Counted from the stretch's first letter, positions 1 to 9,007 are shown. The stretch: 64,000 bases of DNA from Minisyncoccota bacterium (GCA_041389065.1 JAWKSM010000001.1:9461-73460), one strand, 5' to 3'. Numbers and translations are program-made. Notes: a model not told the origin generated them from the sequence alone.

Positions 1-1
1 C

Positions 2-625
2 CCAACCATGTTCATAGATCTCAACTATACCTTCACGCCATTCGCCATGGTCGAAGCAGGCAAAGCGAACCCAGAGGAAATCGTCGGCACTACGCCAGAT
101 TGTGCCCAGAAAGTGCACCCTGAGGGTGTCACCGTAATCCTTCTTCTTCCAGGTATCGGGGATGAACTCGGGGTTCTTTTTCAAGAACCCAAGCACGCAG
201 GCATTTAGGAGAGGTTTCTCGGCGATCTCCCTTTGAATGTCGTCCTTGCTAACCAACCTAAGTTTCGGTCGGTAAAGAACAACCTTCTTGCCATCGATAT
301 AGAGATCGTTGGGTGATCGTTTTTCGATCAACACTTTCCCTTCGCCAATATGGCTTTCAATCTTCATGCTAGAATTGAGCCACGGCGGCATCGCCTCGCT
401 ATCGAGATCGATGGTGGCAGAAAGCCACTCTGAGCGCTCATACTCCCTAACCCCCACGATCTCGTGTGAGCCTTTAACCAATCCCATCAGATCCTCCTTG
501 CGGATTTGATGAAAACGGTCAATGACGGGCTTGAAACTACCAAACCATCCGAGCCACTTCTTCAGGAGCTCGAGAGAAGATGCAAGGTTTTCACCTAACA
601 TCTCAACGACTTGTGTGTAAGCCAT
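2..625 (-). CDS. Hypothetical protein, N-terminal 208 codons. The ORF continues past the left window edge and is compositionally foreign.
   Basis: Hand translation of the minus strand from the ATG at 625-623 gives 208 sense codons with no stop down to position 2 (MAYTQVVEMLGENLASS...GEWREGIVEIYEHGW). It is absent from the supplied track because it has no in-window stop. It is visibly GC-richer than the flanking AT-rich DNA. A consensus promoter lies at 737-764. Confidence 0.6.
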   Translation of the reverse strand, partial: MAYTQVVEMLGENLASSLELLKKWLGWFGSFKPVIDRFHQIRKEDLMGLVKGSHEIVGVREYERSEWLSATIDLDSEAMPPWLNSSMKIESHIGEGKVLIEKRSPNDLYIDGKKVVLYRPKLRLVSKDDIQREIAEKPLLNACVLGFLKKNPEFIPDTWKKKDYGDTLRVHFLGTIWRSADDFLWVRFACFDHGEWREGIVEIYEHGW

Positions 626-736
626 TGCTATGTGAATTTAGTTACACTGGGCATTATTGCCACAGCTTTTAAAGCTCATAAAGCACTAAAAGCTATGGCA
701 AACGCTCATTTATATATAAAAGTACTTATTATATAT

Positions 737-764
737 ATTATAGCATATTCATTATTTTTGTCAA
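737..764 (-). promoter_or_regulatory. Sigma70-like promoter, TTGACA-16-TATAAT
   Basis: Minus strand reads TTGACAAAAATAATGAATATGCTATAAT (-35 at 764-759, -10 at 742-737). It lies about 110 nt upstream of the ATG at 625. A 12-bp hairpin (about 661-700) sits in the predicted 5' UTR. Confidence 0.5.
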
Positions 765-785
765 TACACGCCCAGTAACCACTTC

Positions 786-982
786 CGACCGTTTTAAATA
801 TTGCGACGCAAAAATAATAGTATTTTGCCTTAGAAAATGATGCTGTTTGAGCCAGAAGAAGAAGTGTATATACACTTCTTCTTCTGGCGAGTTCATCATT
901 TTCTTGGCTCAAAATCTATTATTTTAAGCAATATTTAATTAGGTCTTGAATTTTTGTTACTTTTGCTTCAAGACAAAAGTAA
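786..982 (-). repeat. TCAAACAG-loop structured element, copy 1 (full length)
   Basis: Minus-strand order: 5' AT hairpin TTACTTTTG..CAAAAGTAA (982-957), then CAAAAATTCAAGAC, then the long hairpin at 925-811. The hairpin core is GAAAATGATG-AACTC-GCCAGAAGAAGAAGTG-TATATA-CACTTCTTCTTCTGGC-TCAAACAG-CATCATTTTC (903-833). A tail, GCGTCGCAATATTTAAAAC, follows. Confidence 0.7.
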
Positions 983-991
983 GAGAAAATC

Positions 992-1015
992 AAAAAATCC
1001 CCGAAGGGATTTTTA
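992..1015 (-). terminator. Intrinsic terminator after the T4CP-like gene
   Basis: AAAAATCCC-ttcg-GGGATTTTT hairpin with a T-run on the minus strand, immediately after the stop at 1016-1018. Confidence 0.6.
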
Positions 1016-3748
1016 TTAGAATTTCTCAAATTTCTCCATCACCTCCCCCTCTACTTCATCTCTCGGCCGACCAAATTTCATATATGAAAGTTCTTTTATC
1101 GGATCAACTATCGAATTATTTCCTTGTGGCCAGTTGTCGGTTTTCATACTAAAAGGTTTTGCTGGCTGTCCGCCCATAATCATCGCCATATACGCGTTTC
1201 GGTTATCGAGCTTGATAATATCGGAAACAGTGAAAATTGGTTCAACTCTTTTTTGTAAAGCTTCTGCATCTTCGGCACTAATTCTGAAAATCGCCATCGA
1301 ACCCACGTTACCCAAAACAGCACTTTTAATATTGTCGGGAAGCTGAGCCAAATATTGATGTGCCACATTTAAAGACAGCTTATACTTTCTAGCTTCTGAA
1401 AGGATTGAAGTTATTGAAGGTGTGACAACGTTTTGGAATTCGTCGATATAAAGATAGAAAGGTGAAAAATTTGTTCCAACAGAATCTGCTCGAGATAGCG
1501 CTGCCATTTGAAGCTTACCGACGAGAATAAGTCCGATAAGGTTTGAGTTTATCTCACCAAGTCTTCCCTTTGAAAGGTTCACAAGCAAGATCTTTTTATT
1601 GTCCATAATATCCCGGAAATTAAATGCCGACTTTTCTTGAGTAACTATCGGTCTCATAATTTCGTTTGAGATAAATGTATCAAATTTTGAAGTGATATAC
1701 GGAACGAAGTTTTCAAGACCTTGTTCTCCTTGGGTTGCTTCAGCATTTTTCCAAAATTGCTTTACGAGCGGGTTGTTTGTTTTTGCCAACTTCATATCGC
1801 GGAATTTTTTGTCTGACAAAACACGGCTAATTTCAAGCAAGGTCGAACCTGTTTCTGGATCGTCCATAACCAAGTTTGCACTGTTTTTGAAATATTGTTC
1901 GAACATTGGACCACCGGCTGTTTTCATATCAAAAAGCTGATTGAAAATTCCCATAAGTTCGTTTATCACAAAAGTTTTTTGCTCTGGTCTTGAAATGTCA
2001 TATTCGAGCATGTTTAGTCCCATTGGGCGCGGCGTATATGCTGGATCAAAGTAAATAACATCATCGATTCTTTCTTTTGGAATATTCGCGAGAATCGTTT
2101 CAATATCGTTTCCATGAGGATCGATATAACAAACACCATTTCCAGCTTGGATATCTTGAATAATCATATTCATCATAATTCCAGTTTTTCCTGTTCCTGT
2201 TTGACCGATAATATAAAGGTGTCGAAGCCTGTCTTCTGGCTGCATGAAAACTGGAGTTTCTTTTCCTCTGTAAATATTTGTTCCAAGACGAAGTCCTTCG
2301 AGTGTCATGTTTGTCGGAGCTGGCGCTTGTCCAGCTTTTGATTCTTTCAATTCTGGAGTTGTTGATTCGCTTATTGGGAAGTGAAAAACAGTCGAAAGCT
2401 CTTCGAGGTTTAGTGACATCGATTCTTTTTCGTTTGGAACTCTGAAAGAAAAATTATGCAAAAATACTGGCAAAGAAGATTCTTTTACTCTTTCAAATTT
2501 AAAACTATTTGATTTTGATTTATTAAACTGCTCGAAAGAAGATTCAATATCAGAAACAATATCTTGTGCTCTGTTTTTAGAATGTGCCGAAGCAATAATT
2601 CTGATACTTGTATTCACGACCGTGCTTTTTAGCTTTTTGTTTATAGCTTCAATAGCATCTGTGTCAGCTTCTTTTCTCTCTTCTTCTTTTTCAACTTTTT
2701 TCGGATTGAAAATTCCAACTGCAAAGTTTTTCAGTTCTTTTTTTACGACAGCGTATTCGTCGATAGCATCTTTAAGCTTTTCACCCTTTTTAACTTTTTC
2801 TAAAATCCCAGAAAACTTTTTTATCAAACTCTCACCCATTGGCACCACGACAATCTGAATCGCCGCACCTTCTGAATCGAGCCCGAGTTTTGAAAATGCA
2901 TTTAAAACAGCGTTCATCGGGTCGTGACCAAGCTCATCGTGAGTTGCTATTGGAAAAACATCTTCTTCACGAAGAGTTGCATATGAAGCGACGATTTCAG
3001 AGTCCTGACTAAAAATATTGTAATCATCTGTAACTTCGTTTATCTTTGCGCTGTGATAGAAAGCTAGGATTTGCTTTTCGAGTAATTCCTTTTTTTCTCT
3101 TGGAACAGAAACGTAAATAACCAAGTCGTTTGAATTGTAAGCATTTGCGATTTCAAGAGTGTAATATTGTTTGTCTTTATTGTGTTCACCGCGAGAGATT
3201 GCCTGCATTCCAGAAAGAAACTGCTTCATTCCTGTAATAAAATCAATGAAAGTTCTTTTTTCTTCTTTTACATTTCCTGGCAAAGTAATTTCAAAAAGCG
3301 CAAGATTTAGAGATTTAAATTCTGGTGAAGTCTCTTTTAATCCTGGAATATTTCCACTTGCATGCAAAAATTGAACCAAAAATCTATGAACGTCGTCTTC
3401 GATATGTGGGTTGTTCATTCGAGAAACCAGGTCGAGTGTGTTTTTTATCCCGTGTTCTAAAAGATATCCGTAGATTTCAGACATTTTGTCATCGTGCTCT
3501 TCTGGTTTTAATTTCAAAACAACTTGCTCTGCGTGTTTTTCTTCTGCTTTGTATCCTTTATTTAAAATCTCTTCGCTGTCTAACATTTCATATGCAGAAA
3601 CAGCTTCTCTTGAAACTTCTTCGCGTGATTTTGAAATATTTGATTCACGAAGTTCTTTTTCTCTCTCTTCGATATGTTTACGCAAAAAATCTATCTCCTC
3701 TTCTGGAGAATTAAACTTCGGAGTTTCTTTAAAATATGTACCTTCCAT
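1016..3748 (-). CDS. VirD4/TraD-like type IV coupling-protein-family ATPase with a long N-terminal extension
   Basis: 910-aa ORF. The C-terminal half carries Walker A IIGQTGTGKTG, Walker B YLYIDEFQNV and a downstream LNVAHQYLAQL motif typical of T4CP / TraG-D_C ATPases. No obvious N-terminal TM helices. Confidence 0.75.
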   Translation of the reverse strand: MEGTYFKETPKFNSPEEEIDFLRKHIEEREKELRESNISKSREEVSREAVSAYEMLDSEEILNKGYKAEEKHAEQVVLKLKPEEHDDKMSEIYGYLLEHGIKNTLDLVSRMNNPHIEDDVHRFLVQFLHASGNIPGLKETSPEFKSLNLALFEITLPGNVKEEKRTFIDFITGMKQFLSGMQAISRGEHNKDKQYYTLEIANAYNSNDLVIYVSVPREKKELLEKQILAFYHSAKINEVTDDYNIFSQDSEIVASYATLREEDVFPIATHDELGHDPMNAVLNAFSKLGLDSEGAAIQIVVVPMGESLIKKFSGILEKVKKGEKLKDAIDEYAVVKKELKNFAVGIFNPKKVEKEEERKEADTDAIEAINKKLKSTVVNTSIRIIASAHSKNRAQDIVSDIESSFEQFNKSKSNSFKFERVKESSLPVFLHNFSFRVPNEKESMSLNLEELSTVFHFPISESTTPELKESKAGQAPAPTNMTLEGLRLGTNIYRGKETPVFMQPEDRLRHLYIIGQTGTGKTGIMMNMIIQDIQAGNGVCYIDPHGNDIETILANIPKERIDDVIYFDPAYTPRPMGLNMLEYDISRPEQKTFVINELMGIFNQLFDMKTAGGPMFEQYFKNSANLVMDDPETGSTLLEISRVLSDKKFRDMKLAKTNNPLVKQFWKNAEATQGEQGLENFVPYITSKFDTFISNEIMRPIVTQEKSAFNFRDIMDNKKILLVNLSKGRLGEINSNLIGLILVGKLQMAALSRADSVGTNFSPFYLYIDEFQNVVTPSITSILSEARKYKLSLNVAHQYLAQLPDNIKSAVLGNVGSMAIFRISAEDAEALQKRVEPIFTVSDIIKLDNRNAYMAMIMGGQPAKPFSMKTDNWPQGNNSIVDPIKELSYMKFGRPRDEVEGEVMEKFEKF

Positions 3749-3790
3749 TCCTCTATTGTAGCAAAATAATTTTTATTTAAGAAAAGGAAA

Positions 3791-3814
3791 GCACCTCCGC
3801 ATGTGCGGAGGTGC
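3791..3814 (-). terminator. Hairpin terminator after the 238-aa ORF
   Basis: GCACCTCCGCATGTGCGGAGGTGC is a perfect palindromic GC stem, 20 nt downstream of the minus-strand stop at 3835. Confidence 0.5.
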
Positions 3815-3834
3815 TCAAGATTGTCACGTTTTCA

Positions 3835-4551
3835 TTACCTTTTTGAAGGCTCGTGAACCCAACCTTCACCATTATTGTTAACAACATCTATAAACCATTC
3901 TGTTTTCTCCTCGTCATGGAATATTTTATACTTAACGTAACCCCAGAAATTTTCTTGACGATTCGGATCATCGCCAAAGATATCCTTGGTTACATTTTGA
4001 GGTATTCTTACCCCAATATAAGAATGAAGGTCTGAAATGGTAAAACGAGGTTTTTCAATACCTTGTTTTTTACCATATTTCTCCACCCAATATTCTTCAT
4101 AGTCGCAACGACTTTGGTTTTTTGTATCAAGGAATTCTTTTCCATTCCCAGCATTAAAGCTGTGAAGCATAGTGTGTACCTCATCATCTCTTAAGTTCTG
4201 ACTTACAAAACCAAAAATATGAGAACTCCATTGCTTGCTATTTATCGCAAGATATGACGCCGCAATATGACACGTCCAAGGAACCTCTGGGTCATTGACC
4301 CTGGAGTATACCTTTTTAACTTCTGGGGTTTCGTCTAGAGGTTTTCTGTCAGAAATATCAAATCTCAGTAAATTGGTTTTCCGAAAAAATATATGAACAT
4401 TTTTTACTAAATCCATATTGTAGAAATTCTGCCGCTCTAGAAAGTCGAGTACTTCTTCATCTTTTTGACGATCGAATGAAAAACTACTGGTATCAAAATG
4501 ATTTTTAAAAGATGCAAGGAATTCAAAGGTTTGGTCGAACACGCTACTCAT
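3835..4551 (-). CDS. Hypothetical protein (238 aa)
   Basis: Long ORF with its own candidate promoter (4604-4631) and terminator. I recognise no motif. Confidence 0.65.
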   Translation of the reverse strand: MSSVFDQTFEFLASFKNHFDTSSFSFDRQKDEEVLDFLERQNFYNMDLVKNVHIFFRKTNLLRFDISDRKPLDETPEVKKVYSRVNDPEVPWTCHIAASYLAINSKQWSSHIFGFVSQNLRDDEVHTMLHSFNAGNGKEFLDTKNQSRCDYEEYWVEKYGKKQGIEKPRFTISDLHSYIGVRIPQNVTKDIFGDDPNRQENFWGYVKYKIFHDEEKTEWFIDVVNNNGEGWVHEPSKR

Positions 4552-4603
4552 GCGGTTGAGTTTTAGTTTTCAGCCCTTAAAATCAAAGAGCTTTATTGTT
4601 TTT

Positions 4604-4631
4604 AGTATAGTCATAGAAAGAATAAAAGCAA
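4604..4631 (-). promoter_or_regulatory. Sigma70-like promoter, TTGCTT-16-TATACT
   Basis: Minus strand reads TTGCTTTTATTCTTTCTATGACTATACT, between the map stop and the 238-aa ORF. Confidence 0.4.
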
Positions 4632-4673
4632 GAAAACCAAAAATAAAATATTATTGAGGTTTTTAAAATCAAG

Positions 4674-5435
4674 CTATTTTGTCAACACCTCACAACCATC
4701 CTCAGTCACCAAAATAGTATGTTCAAAATGCGCAGAGATTTTTTCATCGGCAGTTATATAAGTATATTCGTCATCGGTTACAAAAACTTCATCTGTTCCT
4801 AAATTAAGCATTGGTTCAACGGCAATAACCATCCCGGGAACAAGCTCGTCACCTGTTCCAGCCTTTCCGTAATTTGGCACATATGGATCTTCGTGAACAG
4901 AATATCCAACACCATGACCAGAAAGAATTTTTACAATTCCATATCCATAAGGCTCGACAAATTTTTCTATTGCGTTTCCAATATCACCTGTTTTGTTACC
5001 TGGCTTTATTTGTTTTATAGCAACACTCAAAGCCTCTCGTGTTATATTCATGAGCTTTTCTGCTTCTTTTGAAACATTTCCCACCGGAACTGTTATGGCT
5101 GCATCAGTAATCATCCCTTTGTGAACAAGACCCAAATCTAAAGAAACAATATCGCCTTCTTCCAAAACAAAATCAGACGGAATTCCGTGAACAATTTCAT
5201 CATTTACAGAAACACAAAGCGATGCTGGATACGGGTAAGAAACACCTTCTGGGGTGTAGCCAAGAAATGCCGGAGTGTCACCACCTTCGATGATAAGCTG
5301 ATGCGCATATTCGTCGAGCTCTTTTGTTGTCACGCCCGGTGCGACCATGTCAGAAACTTTTTTCAAGATAAAAGCATGGCGTTTTCCGCCCTCTCTAAGT
5401 TTTTCAATATCTTCTTTTGTCTTGATTCTTATCAT
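4674..5435 (-). CDS. map: Methionine aminopeptidase type I
   Basis: 253 aa. Contains conserved metal-ligand blocks (VHGIP, DLGLVHKGMITD, SGHGVGYSVHE, IAVEPM, FEHTILVT). It is in the canonical position after adk. Confidence 0.95.
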   Translation of the reverse strand: MIRIKTKEDIEKLREGGKRHAFILKKVSDMVAPGVTTKELDEYAHQLIIEGGDTPAFLGYTPEGVSYPYPASLCVSVNDEIVHGIPSDFVLEEGDIVSLDLGLVHKGMITDAAITVPVGNVSKEAEKLMNITREALSVAIKQIKPGNKTGDIGNAIEKFVEPYGYGIVKILSGHGVGYSVHEDPYVPNYGKAGTGDELVPGMVIAVEPMLNLGTDEVFVTDDEYTYITADEKISAHFEHTILVTEDGCEVLTK

Positions 5436-5436
5436 T

Positions 5437-6042
5437 TTATTTTGTGCCGAAAATTTTTGAAATTATTTCTTCGTGAACTTTTTCTATTGGTTGCTCACCG
5501 TTTATTTCTATGAAATTAAAATCTCTGCTTTCTCGGAAATAAAACATTGAAGGAATAACGTTCCAGTCGAACCATTCAAGTTTTCTAAGCATATCTTCTT
5601 CTCTGTCGTCGTCTTCTCGTCCTCTTGATTTAAGTCTTTCAAGCGACCACTCTTTTCCTGTTTTTATGTAGATAACATTTGGCTTTTCAAGTCCGTAAAA
5701 CTTTATTGCAGAATCAAGCACAGGTGCTTCGTCTGGTCTTCGGCAAAGTCCATCCAAAATTAAATCTTCTTTTCCAGTGAACCTTTTTTCTAATTCTCCA
5801 GCCCAAAGCCAAATTGGCAAAAAAACCGGCATTAAACCTCCTTCATCCAGAACATTTTTTGTTAGAGAAGATGTGTAGTTATGTTCCCTTCCAATAAAAT
5901 CTCGAAACTTTTGACCAGTTTCGACATACAGAGTTCCGTTGTTTTTATTCTTTTCTAAATATTCTATTAAAAGCTTTGCTTGTGTTCCTTTTCCTGACCC
6001 CGATCTTCCAAAAAATATAAATGTCTGTTGATTGTTTTGCAT
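5437..6042 (-). CDS. adk: Adenylate kinase / nucleoside-monophosphate kinase family
   Basis: 201 aa with P-loop FFGRSGSGKGTQAKLL, in the secY-adk-map position. Confidence 0.8.
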   Translation of the reverse strand: MQNNQQTFIFFGRSGSGKGTQAKLLIEYLEKNKNNGTLYVETGQKFRDFIGREHNYTSSLTKNVLDEGGLMPVFLPIWLWAGELEKRFTGKEDLILDGLCRRPDEAPVLDSAIKFYGLEKPNVIYIKTGKEWSLERLKSRGREDDDREEDMLRKLEWFDWNVIPSMFYFRESRDFNFIEINGEQPIEKVHEEIISKIFGTK

Positions 6043-6098
6043 AATTTAAAATTATTTATAAAGCTAGAATACCAGATTTATAACCTAAAAGCTAACAT

Positions 6099-6126
6099 TT
6101 GACTACTTTGTAAAAATAGATAATAT
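6099..6126 (+). promoter_or_regulatory. Sigma70-like promoter, TTGACT-16-TAATAT
   Basis: TTGACTACTTTGTAAAAATAGATAATAT, 14 nt upstream of the ATG at 6140. Confidence 0.45.
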
Positions 6127-6139
6127 TTAAATAAAAACG

Positions 6140-6598
6140 ATGTTGTACCTACTACCCTTAATCATCCTGTTTTTCCACTACTGGAATTGGATGTGGAAAA
6201 AACTGGAAACCCTTCGTGAAAAAGTAAGGGTGTCCAGGAAAATATATACATACGAACATGAGCGTCAGTTTCTCAGCTTCATCGAGACGGAAAGTGGGTA
6301 CTCAGACACAAGCCTACATTTAGGTTTATACAAAAACCAACCAGAATTCAAAGAGCTGAGTAAAAACAGGTTAAGGTATTTCAAAGCTCTTTACAGATTA
6401 AGAGAAATGCAGAGAGCTATGTTCTTTTTTGAAGATGTCGACATGAACCCAGAAGAAATAGACGATATTGATATTTGGGACATGAAGATGAAATACAAAC
6501 TCGGGATAAATAAGAAAAACTTTTTCTCTTATTACCCCGAGTACATAAGAAGCGTGTTTGGAATCAAAACCACGACCCAAACAAAAAACCCGGCATAG
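6140..6598 (+). CDS. Hypothetical membrane-anchored protein (152 aa), opposite-strand orphan between secY and adk
   Basis: ORF with an N-terminal hydrophobic segment (MLYLLPLIILFFHYWNWMW). It has its own promoter and a bidirectional terminator. Confidence 0.6.
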   Translation: MLYLLPLIILFFHYWNWMWKKLETLREKVRVSRKIYTYEHERQFLSFIETESGYSDTSLHLGLYKNQPEFKELSKNRLRYFKALYRLREMQRAMFFFEDVDMNPEEIDDIDIWDMKMKYKLGINKKNFFSYYPEYIRSVFGIKTTTQTKNPA

Positions 6599-6616
6599 AG
6601 CCGGGAATTTTGTTAT

Positions 6617-6649
6617 TAAAAAGCGCGGGCCTTCGGCCCGCGCTTTTTA
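6617..6649. terminator. Bidirectional intrinsic terminator
   Basis: AAAAAGCGCGGGCCttcGGCCCGCGCTTTTT lies between the convergent 6140..6598 (+) and secY (-), with an A-tract and a T-tract on either side. Confidence 0.65.
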
Positions 6650-6658
6650 AATTCTCTT

Positions 6659-7924
6659 TTAGTATTGTCTCATTGAGATTTGTCCATCAACTTTCTTCAA
6701 TATATCAAGAATAACAGAAACGACAATCAAAAGTGCTGTACCTCCAATCGCCAATGTCTGAATACCTGAAATTTGTTGCAAGATAAACGGTAGAACAGCA
6801 ACCAATCCAAGGAACAACGCACCCATGAAAGTTACTCTTGTAACAATCTTACTGATATATTCTGTTGTAGATGTTCCTGGTCTAATTCCTGGAATAAATG
6901 CTCCATTTTTTTGAAGATTTGTTGCAACTGATTCTGGTTCGAATGTAATCGCTGTGTAGAAATAAGTGAATCCAAACACAAACACAAAGTAAGCTACAGA
7001 ATACCAAAGTGTTGCTTGAGAGAACCAGATAAACCAATTCCCCACAGTTGAAATAATTCCGATATTTGAACTCGCCATAATACCCGAAAGCATTTGCGGC
7101 AAAGAAAGTATCGATAGAGCAAAGATAATCGGCATAACTCCCGCTTGGTTTATTTTAAGTGGAAGATATGAAGATGATTGACCCAAAGCCCCACCTCGAA
7201 CTTGTCTTGCGTAAGTTATTGGAATCAATCTTTCAGCTTCAGTTACCAGAACAACACCGGCAACAATCAAAACAATCGCAGCAAGCAGTGCCAAATATGT
7301 TGGAATTTGTGCTTGTGTGAAAGTAAAGATTAGTTGATTTATTTGTCCAGGAATTGAAGCAACGATACCAGCGAAAATAAGAATTGAAATTCCATTTCCG
7401 ATACCCTTTTCACTTATAAGTTCACCAAGCCAAACAAGGAACATTGATCCAGCTGTTACAACAATAAGTGCAACCGCTTTATCAAAAGAAGTCATTGCTT
7501 CTAAAATTCCTTGACTGTCTAGCAGTTTCAAAAGTGCAAAACCTTGAATTGCTGCAAGTGGAACTGTAAGTATTCTTGAATATTGAGAGAATTTTGTTCT
7601 TCCCGCTTCACCTTCATCGTGGTAAAGAGATTTCAATCGTGGCGACATCATTGTAAGAAGTTGCATCACAATAGAACCTGTAATATAAGGACCAACTCCG
7701 AGCATTACAATCGAAAGCGCAGAAAGTCCTCCACCAGAAAAGATGTTTAGTATTCCCAAAAATTGGCTACCTTGTAGGAAACCTTGAAGTCTGAAAGTGT
7801 CGACTCCAGGTATTGGGATTGAAGAGAGAAGTCTAAAAATAACCAGAATAAACAATACGAATAAAATTCTTTTTCTTATAGACTTATCTTTAAATGCTAT
7901 TTTTATTTTTCTCCAAAAGCTCAT
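6659..7924 (-). CDS. secY: Preprotein translocase subunit SecY
   Basis: 421-aa polytopic protein with the typical SecY N-terminus (RKRILFVLFILVIFRLLSSIPIPGV) and position after rplO. Confidence 0.95.
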   Translation of the reverse strand: MSFWRKIKIAFKDKSIRKRILFVLFILVIFRLLSSIPIPGVDTFRLQGFLQGSQFLGILNIFSGGGLSALSIVMLGVGPYITGSIVMQLLTMMSPRLKSLYHDEGEAGRTKFSQYSRILTVPLAAIQGFALLKLLDSQGILEAMTSFDKAVALIVVTAGSMFLVWLGELISEKGIGNGISILIFAGIVASIPGQINQLIFTFTQAQIPTYLALLAAIVLIVAGVVLVTEAERLIPITYARQVRGGALGQSSSYLPLKINQAGVMPIIFALSILSLPQMLSGIMASSNIGIISTVGNWFIWFSQATLWYSVAYFVFVFGFTYFYTAITFEPESVATNLQKNGAFIPGIRPGTSTTEYISKIVTRVTFMGALFLGLVAVLPFILQQISGIQTLAIGGTALLIVVSVILDILKKVDGQISMRQY

Positions 7925-7932
7925 AATATTTT

Positions 7933-8388
7933 TTATTTAGATTTGATAGTACCTCCGGCTTTAGTGATTCTGTCTTGTGCAGACTGTGAAGCGAAGCATC
8001 CTACAACATTTAATTTCTTAGAAATTTCTCCTGTTGCAAGAATTTTAACTTCTGGGTTCTTCCCTTTTACCAAAGAAATCACACCTTTTCTAACCAAATT
8101 TTTTGGCGAAACAGTTTCTCCGTTTTCAAAACTTGTATCAAGAGCTGAAAGGCTCACAGAAACAGGTTTTACTACAGAACTGTTAAATGTTTTTCCTCGG
8201 TTTTTTCCGTGACCTCGAAGTTTCGGGAACTTCTTAATAATATCACGCATTTGCGGTCTCATACCATGTGAACCGTGTTGACCTTGTCCTTTGTGACCTC
8301 GGCCTGAAGTTTTTCCTCTTTTACCACCTCGGCCAACATCTTTTTTCTTCGGATTTTTTGTTTTTCTTGTAAGATTATTTAGTTGCAT
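7933..8388 (-). CDS. rplO: 50S ribosomal protein L15 (uL15)
   Basis: 151 aa with a Gly/Arg/Lys-rich N-terminus (GRGGKRGKTSGRGHKGQ); spc operon order. Confidence 0.95.
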   Translation of the reverse strand: MQLNNLTRKTKNPKKKDVGRGGKRGKTSGRGHKGQGQHGSHGMRPQMRDIIKKFPKLRGHGKNRGKTFNSSVVKPVSVSLSALDTSFENGETVSPKNLVRKGVISLVKGKNPEVKILATGEISKKLNVVGCFASQSAQDRITKAGGTIKSK

Positions 8389-8398
8389 AGTAGTGTGA

Positions 8399-8989
8399 TT
8401 ATTTACGTGCTTTTAGTTTACCAAAAGCCTTAATAGCAGCTCTAGCATTGTTTAACTGATTCTTACTTCTTGAAAGAATTTTTCCTGATACGTTTTTCAT
8501 ACCAGCAAGATTCAAGATATCTCGAACAGCTCCTCCGGCCACAAGACCTTTTCCTTTGTTTGGCATTAGAAAGATCTCAGAAGCTTTGTATTTTGCCTTT
8601 ACGTCATGAGAAATTGACATTTCTTTTGTAGTCAAAATCTTAATCATATTTTTTCTTGCGTTCGCAACTGCTTTTGATATTGCAAGAGTTGTGTCGTTTG
8701 ATTTACCAAGGCCAATCCCCACAGAACCTTTTCGGTCACCGATTAGCATTGCTACAGAGAAAGAGAATCTTCGTCCTCCAGCCATAACACGAGTAACTCG
8801 TCTTATACTTAGGATTTTTTGATCAAATTCTGGCTTTGGACGTTCTGCAAATTTTCTATTTGGTTTTCTGTCTCCACCTTGTCCTGACTTTCTGCCAAAA
8901 CTTCGTCCACCTCTAAATGGAGGTTTTGTTGACGAAGTTGGAGCTCCAGCAACACCTTCTGTTTTTGTTTGTTTTGTATCTGTTGTCAT
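8399..8989 (-). CDS. rpsE: 30S ribosomal protein S5 (uS5)
   Basis: 196 aa with an R/G-rich N-terminal extension followed by a conserved S5 core (VTRVMAGGRRFSFSVAMLIGD). It is directly followed by rplO, with no L30 gene between them. Confidence 0.95.
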   Translation of the reverse strand: MTTDTKQTKTEGVAGAPTSSTKPPFRGGRSFGRKSGQGGDRKPNRKFAERPKPEFDQKILSIRRVTRVMAGGRRFSFSVAMLIGDRKGSVGIGLGKSNDTTLAISKAVANARKNMIKILTTKEMSISHDVKAKYKASEIFLMPNKGKGLVAGGAVRDILNLAGMKNVSGKILSRSKNQLNNARAAIKAFGKLKARK

Positions 8990-9007
8990 ATATTTTAAGA
9001 AACAAGA

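Noticed and set aside
161-170. GATGAACTCG 10-mer inside the left-edge ORF, matching the 5' loop region of the element (GATGAACTCGCC).
   Set aside because: A single 10-mer match is within chance expectation for 2 x 64 kb. None of the surrounding element structure is present.
706-912. 68-aa minus-strand ORF in the track.
   Set aside because: It lies entirely within element copy 1 and the promoter region. Its sequence is low-complexity and it spans the hairpin arms, so it is most likely not coding.
786-982. The element copies as integron attC sites.
   Set aside because: The hairpin lacks the R''/R' boxes (RYYYAAC ... GTTRRRY). No intI gene or cassette array is visible, and the cargo genes carry their own promoters. 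The analogy (structure conserved, sequence variable) is noted, but the identification is not supported.
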